Shown here: positions 41,224 to 50,728 of the stretch, one piece after another
Numbering within the stretch: the stretch's first letter is position 1
Layout: every line of letters begins with the position of its first letter
NCBI GenBank assembly: GCA_015056485.1
Contig: SVGD01000005.1
Location: forward strand, 19,799-83,798
Origin: Clostridiales bacterium
GTDB taxonomy: Bacteria; Bacillota; Clostridia; TANB77; CAG-508
Direction of reading: 5' to 3'
Length of the DNA: 64,000 nt
Program-made: the position numbers and the translations under genes
The notes under the pieces: model-generated
What the model was told of the DNA's origin: nothing
The model's input: only the letters and a program-made list of their open reading frames with translations
Database searches by the model: none

Positions 41224-43722
41224 ATGAAAGTTCTATTTGCAGTAAATAACGATGAAATTTCAAATGCAATTATAAAAAAATACCAAAAAGAATATAAAGA
41301 AATAATTTCATACAAAAATGTATATTATTTTAATGCAATAATAAAAGAACTTCAAAAAGACAGTACATATGACAGAATAGTTATTAGTGAAGAATTAGAA
41401 CCATTTGCTAATAATAATTATGATACGATTGATAAATTTATATTTGAGAAGTTAGATAATATAAGTGATGAAGCCACAAATAAATCAGGAAATGACATAG
41501 AAATAATATTAATTTGTAGTGATAGAAGAACTAAATCGGATGAAATATTAATAAAGTTATTTGGAATAGGCATATATAGTGCTATTGTTGGTAATGATAG
41601 AAGCATAGATGAAGTTTGCAGATTGATACGTACACCTAGAATCAAAAAAGATGCTAAACAATATTATAAAATTGATTCAGAAAATGTAATGTATCAAGTT
41701 GAAAGCGAGAATAACGTTAGCGAAGCTGAGGTTCAAAATATTCTTGCACATTATAAAAGATTGGGGAAAAATGAAGACAAGTATGTAGATAGTTTTAATA
41801 ATATAGTTTCACAATATACAGATGCACAATTGAAAATTATTATAAGATATTTACCTATGTCTGTAAAAGCAGTATTAGAAGAAAGGTCGCCTAAATATCA
41901 ATCTTTAGTTACTTTTAGTAATAAAGGAAGAGCTAAACAAGCAAGTAATCAAGATAACAATAGAAAAGAAAAAAATAATTTAAATGTGAAAATGTTAGAA
42001 AAAGAATCTACAAAACAAAACATAAAAAAACCTATAGTTATACCATCAAAAATGGATTTGAATTCTACAAAAAAGATTATGAAACAGGAACAAAATAAGA
42101 ATCAAAGCCAAGAAGATGATTTTATAGATTTAACTACAGAGTTCGATATGTTTGATGATGAGGAAAGTACAAACGATAACGCTGTAATAGAAAACAAACA
42201 AATAACTGAAGAAAAAGTAGATAATATAATAGAAAAAGAAAATAAAATAGAGGAAGAAATCACAGAGCAACCAAAAAGAGGAAGAGGAAGACCAAGAAAA
42301 AATCCTATTGAAGAAAATAATGTTGAGGATAAACCAAAAAGAGGAAGAGGAAGACCAAGAAAAAATCCTATTGAAGAAAATAAAGAGACAGAGCTTGACG
42401 AAGAGGATTTAGATTTATTTGATATAGAAGAAAAAGCAATAAATAATAAAGAGGATGATTTAGACTTATTTGATGAGCTTGATGAAATTGAGGAAGAATC
42501 TTTAGATTTATTTGAGGAAGACGATGAGATAGAATCAGAAGACCAAGATGACAGTGATGAATTAGACTTGTTTGGTGATGATGATAATGATGACGAATTA
42601 GATTTATTTGGTAATGATGAAGAAGAAAATTATGATGAATTAGATTTATTCGGTAATGATGATAATGAAGAAGATGATGATGAATTAGATTTGTTTAGTG
42701 ATATTACAAATGAAGAAAAAAAAGAAGAAGATTTTTTTGCAAATGATAATCAAAGTAAAGACATGAATTCAACAGAAATGAATTTTAATGATAATAATGA
42801 TAGAAGACAGGGAGATAGAAGACAAGGAGACAGAAGACAAATTCAAAATGATTTTATTTCTAAGGATAAAAAGATTGCTGCTTTTGTAGGTACAACAAAA
42901 AATGGAACATCGTTTATTGTAAATAATTTAGCAGAATTGTTATCATCAATGGGAATATCTACAGCAATTTTAGATATGTCAAAAAATAAGAATGCATATT
43001 ATATTTATACAGATAATAACGAAAACTTGAGACAAGTGGCATCTAACTGTATGTATAAATTAAAGACAAATGTTGCAGAAGGAATACAAGTAAATAAAAA
43101 TCTATCAATTTTCACAGATATACCAGGAGAAGAAAAAGAATATACTACAAGTGAAATAGATACTATTTTAAATACTTTAACACAGAGATTTTCAGTAGTT
43201 TTAATTGATTGTGATTTTCAAACAGCAAGTCGATATTTTGAAAAAGCTCAAGAAATATATTTAGTGCAATCTATGGATGTTCTAACTATACAACCATTAA
43301 CTGCATTTTTAAAACAGTTAAAAAATAGAAATATTTTAAAACAAGAAAAATTAAGAGTTGTTATAAACAAAGAACAAAAAATGAAAAATTTACCATTAAA
43401 ACTTTTAATTGCAGGTATTTCAAAATATAATTCGCCAGATATGACATTAATGGATGAGCTATTTAATAAAGATACAATTAATTATTGTACAGTTCCATTT
43501 GAAATGCAAAATTATTCAAAATACTTAGAAGGTTTAGTTGAATGTTCATTGTCATTGAATGGATATACAAAACAATTGATATCAGCACTAAGAGGGTTAG
43601 CTGATATGGTATATCCTTTAGGAGGAAGAACGACATATACTCCAAGAACATCAGGTTATAATAATAATTTTTCATCAGAAGTTAATACTACATTAGATAG
43701 AATGAAAAAAAATTATCAATAA
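41224..43722 (+). CDS. TadZ/CpaE-like protein: atypical receiver domain, 2 AT-hooks, acidic LDLF repeats, degenerate ParA/MinD ATPase domain
   Basis: N-terminus MKVLFAVNNDE...DRIVISEEL (REC-like, acidic pocket altered). PKRGRGRPRKNPIEEN x2 from exact 50-nt repeats at 42271 and 42334. About 8 (D/E)LDLF motifs. RRQGD x3. C-terminus IAAFVGTTKNGTSFIVNNLAELL...VVLIDCDF (Walker A Lys absent). Confidence 0.6.
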   Translation: MKVLFAVNNDEISNAIIKKYQKEYKEIISYKNVYYFNAIIKELQKDSTYDRIVISEELEPFANNNYDTIDKFIFEKLDNISDEATNKSGNDIEIILICSDRRTKSDEILIKLFGIGIYSAIVGNDRSIDEVCRLIRTPRIKKDAKQYYKIDSENVMYQVESENNVSEAEVQNILAHYKRLGKNEDKYVDSFNNIVSQYTDAQLKIIIRYLPMSVKAVLEERSPKYQSLVTFSNKGRAKQASNQDNNRKEKNNLNVKMLEKESTKQNIKKPIVIPSKMDLNSTKKIMKQEQNKNQSQEDDFIDLTTEFDMFDDEESTNDNAVIENKQITEEKVDNIIEKENKIEEEITEQPKRGRGRPRKNPIEENNVEDKPKRGRGRPRKNPIEENKETELDEEDLDLFDIEEKAINNKEDDLDLFDELDEIEEESLDLFEEDDEIESEDQDDSDELDLFGDDDNDDELDLFGNDEEENYDELDLFGNDDNEEDDDELDLFSDITNEEKKEEDFFANDNQSKDMNSTEMNFNDNNDRRQGDRRQGDRRQIQNDFISKDKKIAAFVGTTKNGTSFIVNNLAELLSSMGISTAILDMSKNKNAYYIYTDNNENLRQVASNCMYKLKTNVAEGIQVNKNLSIFTDIPGEEKEYTTSEIDTILNTLTQRFSVVLIDCDFQTASRYFEKAQEIYLVQSMDVLTIQPLTAFLKQLKNRNILKQEKLRVVINKEQKMKNLPLKLLIAGISKYNSPDMTLMDELFNKDTINYCTVPFEMQNYSKYLEGLVECSLSLNGYTKQLISALRGLADMVYPLGGRTTYTPRTSGYNNNFSSEVNTTLDRMKKNYQ

Positions 43723-43740
43723 ACAAAAAGAGGTGCAATC

Positions 43741-44829
43741 TTGCTTATAGGAATAATAATATTTTTAGTTATACTTATAATTGCATTAACAGCATATAAC
43801 TTATCTATTAGTAAAAAAATAAAAACATTTTCTAATATTAATGAAAAAATATCGAACTTAAATGTTTTGCAAGATTTCATTAATACAATTGGAAAGGATA
43901 TGCCTGTTAATAACAAAATTGAAGTAATAAACGATATAATAATTCAAAAATTTAATATAAAATATTCAACGATAGTTGTTTTTAATGGTGCAGAATATGT
44001 TTTAAAAACATCAAATGTAGATGAAAAACACTGGGAAACATTAAGAAATTTACATACTGAAGAAATTTTTAAGGATAGTATAATGACTGCTACTCCAAAA
44101 CATATTACTGTAGACAAGCCAGAAGAAAAGCTTCCTTATCAAAAATTTGAATTAGGAAGAGCGAAATCAGCAATCTTTTTTCCATTATATATAGATAATA
44201 TATATATTGGATATTGGATTATTGAAAGTAATGAACCACATGCGTTTGACCATTTTGATACTAACATATTAGGAATAGTTAAAGAAAATATTGTTGCTGT
44301 TTTAAAAACAGTTAGTTATCAAAATACTATAGAAAATATATACAGAGTAGATAAAACAACGGGCTTAAATTCAGCAGAATATTTATATGGAAAAGCTAAG
44401 AGTATCATTGATAAATATCCACAATCTACAATATGTATGTTTACTATAACAAATATAGAGGATATTAATAGAAAATTTAATAGAAATGTTGGTACTGATG
44501 TTATAGTAAAAATGACTAATTTAATAAAGACAAGTATTTCGGCGGAATATATTTTCGTGAGATATATGGGACCAAAATTCGCAATTGTATTTTCAGGTGT
44601 AGATGAAGAAAGCGTTATGAATTTTGTAACATCTATAAAAAAAGAAATAGAAAAAATAAGATTATCTAAGAAAAGCAAAACAAAGAAAGAAATTGAATAC
44701 ACATTTCCAAAAACAAATTTTGCAATAGCTAATTATTACAAAGGTACTGGTTTAGAAGAAGTAACTAAAAAATTAGAAGAATATTTAGATAATGCTAATA
44801 TTAATGAATCGAATATTAATTGTATATAG
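43741..44829 (+). CDS. Membrane-anchored sensor protein with degenerate GGDEF domain
   Basis: TTG start after AGAGGTG. N-terminal TM, GAF-like middle. C-terminal GGDEF fold with RYMGPKFAIVF in place of RxGGDEF. Confidence 0.6.
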   Translation: MLIGIIIFLVILIIALTAYNLSISKKIKTFSNINEKISNLNVLQDFINTIGKDMPVNNKIEVINDIIIQKFNIKYSTIVVFNGAEYVLKTSNVDEKHWETLRNLHTEEIFKDSIMTATPKHITVDKPEEKLPYQKFELGRAKSAIFFPLYIDNIYIGYWIIESNEPHAFDHFDTNILGIVKENIVAVLKTVSYQNTIENIYRVDKTTGLNSAEYLYGKAKSIIDKYPQSTICMFTITNIEDINRKFNRNVGTDVIVKMTNLIKTSISAEYIFVRYMGPKFAIVFSGVDEESVMNFVTSIKKEIEKIRLSKKSKTKKEIEYTFPKTNFAIANYYKGTGLEEVTKKLEEYLDNANINESNINCI

Positions 44830-44838
44830 GAGGATTTT

Positions 44839-45093
44839 ATGGTTAGTGATGAGACTATGAATTTTAAATTTGAAAAGGAAAATAATATAAAAGCAAAGAA
44901 TTTATTAAAAGAAGTGTATGAAGCATTGGCTGAAAAAGGATACAATCCTGTTAATCAAATAGTAGGGTATATATTATCAGGAGATCCAACATATATAACA
45001 AGCTATAAAAATGCTAGAAATTTGATAAGGGTTATTGAACGTGATGAGTTATTAGAAAGAATGGTAAAAAATTATATAGGAATTGAAGAATAA
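44839..45093 (+). CDS. ireB: IreB-family regulatory phosphoprotein (UPF0297)
   Basis: [41 protein letters not shown]. Confidence 0.85.
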   Translation: MVSDETMNFKFEKENNIKAKNLLKEVYEALAEKGYNPVNQIVGYILSGDPTYITSYKNARNLIRVIERDELLERMVKNYIGIEE

Positions 45094-45094
45094 T

Positions 45095-45511
45095 ATGAGA
45101 ATACTTTCGATTGATTATGGTGACAGTAGAGTTGGACTAGCAATTACAGATGCTTTAGGCATAACTGCTCAGGGGTTGAAAACAATTTTTCATGAAGGAC
45201 AAGACAAAGTTGTATTAAGCGAATTAGATAAAGTGCTTGAGGAATATGAAATTAATACAATAGTAGTAGGAATGCCTTTAAGTATGAGTGGATGTAAAAA
45301 TGCTAGAGTTGAAAAAACTGAAAAATTTATACACAAATTAAAATGTAAATATAATAAAATAAAAATTGAAATAATTGATGAAAGATTAACAACTGTACAG
45401 GCGCATAAAACAATGAATGCTCTTGAAATAAATAAAAAGAAAAAAAGACAGATTGTTGATACTATAGCAGCAGTATATATATTAGAAACATATATAAATA
45501 AAAAATGTTAA
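45095..45511 (+). CDS. ruvX: Putative pre-16S rRNA nuclease / Holliday junction resolvase-like RuvX (YqgF)
   Basis: MRILSIDYGDSRVGLAITD. Confidence 0.85.
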   Translation: MRILSIDYGDSRVGLAITDALGITAQGLKTIFHEGQDKVVLSELDKVLEEYEINTIVVGMPLSMSGCKNARVEKTEKFIHKLKCKYNKIKIEIIDERLTTVQAHKTMNALEINKKKKRQIVDTIAAVYILETYINKKC

Positions 45512-45555
45512 AATTGTAGTTAATATAATTTTATAAAATAAGAAAGGAGAAAAAA

Positions 45556-45873
45556 ATGGATTTTGAAGAAAATGAAGAATTAGAAATGAATGAGGAGTTA
45601 GATAATATTATCATATTAAATGATGAAGATGGTAATGATGTGAAATTTGAATTTTTAGATTTAATAGAACTAGATTCAGAACAATATATAGTGTTATTAC
45701 CTGTTGAAGAAACTGAAGAACCAGGTGAAGTTGTTATTTTAAAAGTCGAAGAAACTGAATCAGAAGAAGAAGAGTCATATGTAAGTGTTGATGATGAAGA
45801 AACATTAAATCAAGTATTTGATATATTTAAAGAAAAATTCAAAGATGAATTCAATTTCGCAGATGATGAATAA
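45556..45873 (+). CDS. DUF1292 (UPF0473) acidic protein
   Basis: ILNDEDGNDVKFEFLDLIELDSEQYIVLLP. Conserved ireB-ruvX-DUF1292 trio. Confidence 0.8.
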   Translation: MDFEENEELEMNEELDNIIILNDEDGNDVKFEFLDLIELDSEQYIVLLPVEETEEPGEVVILKVEETESEEEESYVSVDDEETLNQVFDIFKEKFKDEFNFADDE

Positions 45874-45892
45874 TTAGATTTGAATTTTACAT

Positions 45893-45918
45893 GTAGGGGC
45901 GGGCCTTGTGTCTGCCCG
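45893..45918. repeat. Single REP-like unit
   Basis: GTAGGGGCGGGCCTTGTGTCTGCCCG. Confidence 0.65.
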
Positions 45919-45952
45919 TGTGATTTAATATTAAATAATAATTATATAAATT

Positions 45953-46032
45953 AAGCTAAAATAATTAATTTTTGAAAATGAAATCTCATTTGTCAAAAAT
46001 TAATTATTTTAGCTTCTTAAATTTTGCTGAAA
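45953..46032. repeat. AT-rich 85-bp palindromic element, copy 2 (copy 1 at 27313..27393)
   Basis: AAGCTAAAATAATTAATTTTTGAAAATGA...TCATTTGTCAAAAATTAATTATTTTAGCTT, nearly identical to the copy inside the 27249 element. Confidence 0.75.
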
Positions 46033-46088
46033 AATATAAAATTTTTCAGCAAATCAATGAGATTTGTAGATTAAATTCACAAAAGTAG

Positions 46089-46117
46089 TTGACAAACTTA
46101 TACAAACTTTATATAAT
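46089..46117 (+). promoter_or_regulatory. rpsB-tsf promoter
   Basis: TTGACA, 17 nt, TATAAT. About 110 nt leader before the AAGGAGG RBS. Confidence 0.65.
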
Positions 46118-46229
46118 ATACAAGTTGAAAAATACGCACGTGGAAGAGCAGCTTGAAATTGTGCTTATTCTAAGTGTTTTTAAGCGTTAAAACTTCTGCG
46201 GAGGTAAAAACAAAAAGGAGGAATTTAAA

Positions 46230-47012
46230 ATGGCAGTAGTTGCAATGAAACAATTACTAGAAGCAGGTGTGCATTTTGGACACCAAACAAAAAGATGGGA
46301 TCCTAAAATGGCTGAGTATATCTATCAAGCTAGAAACGGAATTCACATCATTGATTTACAAAAGACATCTAAAAAAATTGATGAGGCTTACAAATTTGTT
46401 AAGGAAATTTCTGAAGAAGGAAAAGATATACTTTTTGTAGGTACTAAAAAACAAGCACAAGAATGTGTTAAAGAAGCAGCTGAAAAAAGCGGAATGTTCT
46501 ATATTGACCAAAGATGGTTAGGAGGGATGCTTACAAACTTTAAAACAATCAGAAACAGAGTAGAAAGATTAAAAAAATTAGAAGCAATGGAAGCTGATGG
46601 AACATTTGATGTTTTACCAAAAAAAGAAGTTGCTAAATTAAAAAATGAAATGGAAAAATTAGAAAAAAATCTTGGTGGAATTAAAGAAATGACAAAATTA
46701 CCAGGAGCAATGTTCGTAGTAGATCCAAAAAATGAAAGAATCGCAGTTTTAGAAGCTAGAAAATTAAATATTCCAATCGTTGGTTTAATAGATACAAACT
46801 GTAATCCTGAAGACGTTGATTACCCAATTCCAGGAAATGATGATGCTATAAGAGCTGTAAAATTAATTACAGATGTAATGGCTAATGCAATCATAGAGGG
46901 AAGACAAGGGGAAAGTTTAGATGCTGAACAAGAAATGCAAGAACAAGTTGCAGAATCAGTAGAACCAACAAGTATAGAAGAGGTTGTTGCATCAGAGGAA
47001 ACAGTAGAATAA
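46230..47012 (+). CDS. rpsB: 30S ribosomal protein S2
   Basis: [22 protein letters not shown]. Confidence 0.95.
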   Translation: MAVVAMKQLLEAGVHFGHQTKRWDPKMAEYIYQARNGIHIIDLQKTSKKIDEAYKFVKEISEEGKDILFVGTKKQAQECVKEAAEKSGMFYIDQRWLGGMLTNFKTIRNRVERLKKLEAMEADGTFDVLPKKEVAKLKNEMEKLEKNLGGIKEMTKLPGAMFVVDPKNERIAVLEARKLNIPIVGLIDTNCNPEDVDYPIPGNDDAIRAVKLITDVMANAIIEGRQGESLDAEQEMQEQVAESVEPTSIEEVVASEETVE

Positions 47013-47040
47013 AAACAAATTAAGATAGGAGTGTTATATT

Positions 47041-47919
47041 ATGATTACAGCACAATTAGTTAAAGAGTTAAGAGAAAAAACAGGAGCAGGAATGATGGAC
47101 TGCAAAAAAGTTTTAACAGAAACAAATGGAGATATGGATAAAGCAGCAGAATTATTAAGAGAAAGAGGAATTGCAAAAGCTGCAAAAAAATCTGATAGAA
47201 TAGCGGCTGAAGGATTAGTATATTGCTATGTTACTGACGACAAAAAAGTTGGTGTTGTTATAGAAGTAAATGCTGAAACGGACTTTGTTGCAAAAAATCA
47301 AGAATTTAGAACATTTGTTGAAGAAACAGCAAAACAAATAGCTGTAAAAAATCCTGCAGATGTAGAAGAATTATTAAGTCAATCATCAATGAATGATGAA
47401 AGCAAAACAATTCAAGATATATTAACAGATAAAATTGCTACAATCGGAGAGAATATGTCAATAAGAAGATTTACAAGATATGAAAGTACAGGAATTGTTG
47501 CAAGCTATATTCATGGAGATGGAAAAATTGGTGTATTAGTTGATTGTCCTAAAGGTTCAGAGGATGTTGCTAAAGATGTGTGTATGCAAATAGCAGCAGC
47601 AAAACCTGAATATTTAGATAGAAATTCAGTTCCATCAGATGTAGTTTCACATGAAATGGAAATTTTAAAAGCACAAGCTATGAATGAAGGAAAACCTGAA
47701 GCTATAGCAGAAAAAATGGTACAAGGAAGAATTGGAAAATTCTATTCAGAAATATGTTTATTAGAACAGCCATTTGTTAAAGATCCAGATGTGAAAATAG
47801 AAAAATATTTAGCGAGCAAAGAAACTGAAATTGTAAAATTTGCTAGATTTGAAAAAGGTGAAGGATTACAAAAAAGAGAAGAAAACTTTGCTGAAGAAGT
47901 TGCAAAACAAATAAAATAA
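47041..47919 (+). CDS. tsf: Elongation factor Ts
   Basis: LVKELREKTGAGMMDCKKVL. Confidence 0.95.
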   Translation: MITAQLVKELREKTGAGMMDCKKVLTETNGDMDKAAELLRERGIAKAAKKSDRIAAEGLVYCYVTDDKKVGVVIEVNAETDFVAKNQEFRTFVEETAKQIAVKNPADVEELLSQSSMNDESKTIQDILTDKIATIGENMSIRRFTRYESTGIVASYIHGDGKIGVLVDCPKGSEDVAKDVCMQIAAAKPEYLDRNSVPSDVVSHEMEILKAQAMNEGKPEAIAEKMVQGRIGKFYSEICLLEQPFVKDPDVKIEKYLASKETEIVKFARFEKGEGLQKREENFAEEVAKQIK

Positions 47920-47928
47920 AAAACAACA

Positions 47929-47957
47929 AAAAGACCTTGCGCATCGCAAGGTCTTTT
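47929..47957. terminator. tsf terminator (bidirectional)
   Basis: AAAAGACCTTGCGCATCGCAAGGTCTTTT. Confidence 0.8.
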
Positions 47958-48006
47958 TGCATGTAAAAACATAGATGATGAGAGTTTTTACATGGAATAT
48001 GCTCAC

Positions 48007-48099
48007 TCACATAATGCACTGTTCAAGAAAAATTGCAGAAACAATTACAACAGCGGCGATGGCGAGAAGCCATAATCTGTTTTTGAGCATTTTTTTCAT
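48007..48099 (-). CDS. 30-aa hydrophobic peptide (type I toxin-like or small membrane protein), not in ORF track
   Basis: GGGAGG RBS 9 nt upstream. MKKMLKNRLWLLAIAAVVIVSAIFLEQCIM. Possible promoter TTTACT, 17 nt, TATACT on the minus strand (48210..48182). A hairpin follows at 47961..47995. Confidence 0.5.
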   Translation of the reverse strand: MKKMLKNRLWLLAIAAVVIVSAIFLEQCIM

Positions 48100-48262
48100 A
48101 AATCAGAACCTCCCTAATTTTTGTCTGGTTGTCGCAAGTTTTTTTGCAAAAAGAGATTTAAACTGAAACAACTGTGAAATAAGTATAACATGAAATCTAC
48201 ATAAAGTAAAGAGTGGCTTGAAAATTTCAAATGTAAAATGTCAAAAAAACATATAAAAAAGC

Positions 48263-48291
48263 TTGACATGGAATGGTAACTATTGTATAAT
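48263..48291 (+). promoter_or_regulatory. S10 operon promoter
   Basis: TTGACA, 17 nt, TATAAT. Followed by a ~250-nt structured leader (hairpins GGATAAGT...ACTTATCC and CCTAAGA...TCTTAGG). Confidence 0.7.
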
Positions 48292-48543
48292 GTTACCTGC
48301 GTGTAGATTTGCGATGAAGCGAAATGTAGCTACACAGTTCCAACAAAAAGAACTGATGGAGGGAACTTTCGTGGAGTATGTCTTGGCTTAGACCGGGCGG
48401 ATAAGTTTTTAGAAAAGCACTTATCCTAAGAGTAAAATCTTAGGTTTTATATTGGTTAAAAAAGAAACACCAGGGTGCGTTAAAACTTTCCTAAGGCAAA
48501 AGGTGGAATAACCACATTAAAAATTTTAAGGAGGGAATTTAAC

Positions 48544-48993
48544 ATGGCAAACACAGAAAAGACTACAGAGGAAACAACAAAAAAAGTAGCTAAAACTACA
48601 AAAACAGCTGAAAAGAAAAGTTCAGCAAAACCTGCAGCTAAGAAAACAACAAAAACAGCAACAGAGAAAGTTGCAAAAAATGTTGTTCAAAGCGAAAAAA
48701 TTAGAATAAGATTAAAAGCTTATGACAATGTTATTTTAGATCAGTCTGCTGAAAAAATAGTAGATACTGCTAAAAGAACAGGAGCAAAAGTTTCTGGTCC
48801 TATTCCATTACCAACAAAGAAAGAGGTTATAACAGTAATACGTTCTCCACACAAACATAAAGATTCAAGAGAACAATTTGAAATGAGAACACATAAAAGA
48901 GTTATAGAAATTCTTTACCCAACACAAACAACAATTGATAGTCTAATGAAATTAGATTTACCAGCTGGTGTTGATGTAGAAATGAAACTTTAA
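48544..48993 (+). CDS. rpsJ: 30S ribosomal protein S10 with ~47-aa Lys/Thr/Ala-rich N-terminal extension
   Basis: AAGGAGGG RBS at the extended start. The core begins at [10 protein letters not shown]. Confidence 0.9.
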   Translation: MANTEKTTEETTKKVAKTTKTAEKKSSAKPAAKKTTKTATEKVAKNVVQSEKIRIRLKAYDNVILDQSAEKIVDTAKRTGAKVSGPIPLPTKKEVITVIRSPHKHKDSREQFEMRTHKRVIEILYPTQTTIDSLMKLDLPAGVDVEMKL

Positions 48994-49088
48994 TAAATAA
49001 AGTGTAATTAAATAAAAAATAAAACAAAATGGTTATAACACAACAAACCATGCTAGCAAGGCTAGCCAATAGTTAAGGAGGAAAAGAA

Positions 49089-49718
49089 GTGAAAAAAGCA
49101 ATTTTAGGAAGAAAAGTTGGAATGACACAAATATTTGACGAACAAGGAAAAGTTATTCCAGTTACAGTTATCGAAGCTGGTCCATGTACAGTAGTTCAAA
49201 TAAAAAATATTGATACAGATGGATATTCAGCAGTTAAATTAGGTTTTGGAGAAATTAAAGAGAAAAAATTAACAAAACCTGCAAAAGGAACATTTACAAA
49301 AGCAAATGTAACTCCAAAAAAACATTTAAGAGAATTTAGATTAGAAGAAATTACTTATAATGTAGGAGATGAAGTCAAAGCTGATATATTCGCTCAAGGT
49401 GAATCAGTAGATATTACAGGAACAACAAAAGGTAAAGGATTCCAAGGTGTTATTAAACGTCACGGACAATCTAGAGGACCTATGGGTCATGGTTCTATGT
49501 ATCATAGAAGACCTGGTTCAATGGGATCAACATCTACACCAGGAAGAGTTTTCAAAGGTAAAAAACTTCCAGGACATATGGGAATGACAACAGTAACAAT
49601 CCAAAACTTAGAAATCGTAAGAGTAGATTTAGATAAAAATGTAATATTAGTAAAAGGTAGTGTTCCAGGAAATAAAGGAGCTATATTAAAAATAAAAGAT
49701 TCTGTAAAAAGAAGCTAA
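49089..49718 (+). CDS. rplC: 50S ribosomal protein L3
   Basis: GTG start after [36 protein letters not shown]. Confidence 0.95.
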   Translation: MKKAILGRKVGMTQIFDEQGKVIPVTVIEAGPCTVVQIKNIDTDGYSAVKLGFGEIKEKKLTKPAKGTFTKANVTPKKHLREFRLEEITYNVGDEVKADIFAQGESVDITGTTKGKGFQGVIKRHGQSRGPMGHGSMYHRRPGSMGSTSTPGRVFKGKKLPGHMGMTTVTIQNLEIVRVDLDKNVILVKGSVPGNKGAILKIKDSVKRS

Positions 49719-49756
49719 AATAAAAGAATTATCAATTAAGAGAGGAGATAATAAAA

Positions 49757-50380
49757 ATGCCTAGTATAGACGTATATAATATAGAAGGTAAAAAGGTTAG
49801 CACAATAGATTTAAAAGAAGAAATCTTTGGAATTAAACCAAATGAAGCTGTTGTACATTCAGCATTAGTAAACTATATGGCTAATCAAAGACAAGGTACA
49901 GGAAATACAAAAACAAGAGCAGAAGTTTCTGGTGGTGGAAGAAAACCTTGGAGACAAAAAGGGACAGGTAGAGCAAGACAAGGAAGTATAAGAGCACCAC
50001 AATGGTATAAAGGTGGTATTGCTTTAGGACCAAAACCAAGAGATTTCAGATATACAATAAATAAAAAAGAAAGAAGATTAGCAATAAAATCAGTATTAAG
50101 TTCAAAAGTAATTGAAAACAATTTAGTTGTTGTTGATAAATTAGCTTTTGATGAAATAAAAACTAAAAACATGGTAAATGCATTAACAAACTTAAAAGTA
50201 GAAGGAAAAACTTTAATCGTTTTACCAGAAAAAAATGAAAATGTACAAAAATCTGCAAGAAACATTAAAGGAGTAAAAACAAGTTTAGTTAATACAATAA
50301 ATGTTTATGATTTATTAAAATATAACAAATTAGTTGTAACAGTTGATACTGTAAAAAGTTTAGAGGAGGTGTATGCTTAA
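49757..50380 (+). CDS. rplD: 50S ribosomal protein L4
   Basis: GGGRKPWRQKGTGRARQGSIRAPQW. Confidence 0.95.
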   Translation: MPSIDVYNIEGKKVSTIDLKEEIFGIKPNEAVVHSALVNYMANQRQGTGNTKTRAEVSGGGRKPWRQKGTGRARQGSIRAPQWYKGGIALGPKPRDFRYTINKKERRLAIKSVLSSKVIENNLVVVDKLAFDEIKTKNMVNALTNLKVEGKTLIVLPEKNENVQKSARNIKGVKTSLVNTINVYDLLKYNKLVVTVDTVKSLEEVYA

Positions 50381-50728
50381 ATGAGACCAGAAGATATTAT
50401 AATAAAACCTATAATAACAGAAAAAAGTAATGATGGATTACAAAGTGGAAAATACACCTTTAAAGTAGCAAAAAATGCTACAAAAATTCAAATTGCAAAC
50501 AGTGTTGAAGCTTTATTCGGAGTAAAAGTATTAAGCGTTAACACAATGATTGTTAAAGGAAAAGAAAAAACAGTTGGAAGAAATACAGGAAAAAGACCTG
50601 ATTGGAAAAAAGCTATAGTTACTATAGATATGAATCCAGCTGAAGAAACATATTTAACAAAAGGTGCAAAAGAAGTTAAATCTGACAAAAAATATAAAAC
50701 ATCTATAGATGAATTCATGGGAGCATAA
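50381..50728 (+). CDS. rplW: 50S ribosomal protein L23
   Basis: [10 protein letters not shown]...KYTFKV. 115 aa with a C-terminal tail. Confidence 0.9.
   Translation: MRPEDIIIKPIITEKSNDGLQSGKYTFKVAKNATKIQIANSVEALFGVKVLSVNTMIVKGKEKTVGRNTGKRPDWKKAIVTIDMNPAEETYLTKGAKEVKSDKKYKTSIDEFMGA

Noticed and set aside
41049-41269. Overlapping 66- and 67-aa ORFs at the 40804/41224 gene junction
   Set aside because: They lie out of frame within the well-supported membrane-protein gene and the start of the TadZ-like gene, and have no signals.
47975-48166. 63-aa + strand track ORF after tsf
   Set aside because: It has no RBS and an implausible sequence. The opposite strand carries a well-signalled 30-aa peptide ORF that explains the open frame.
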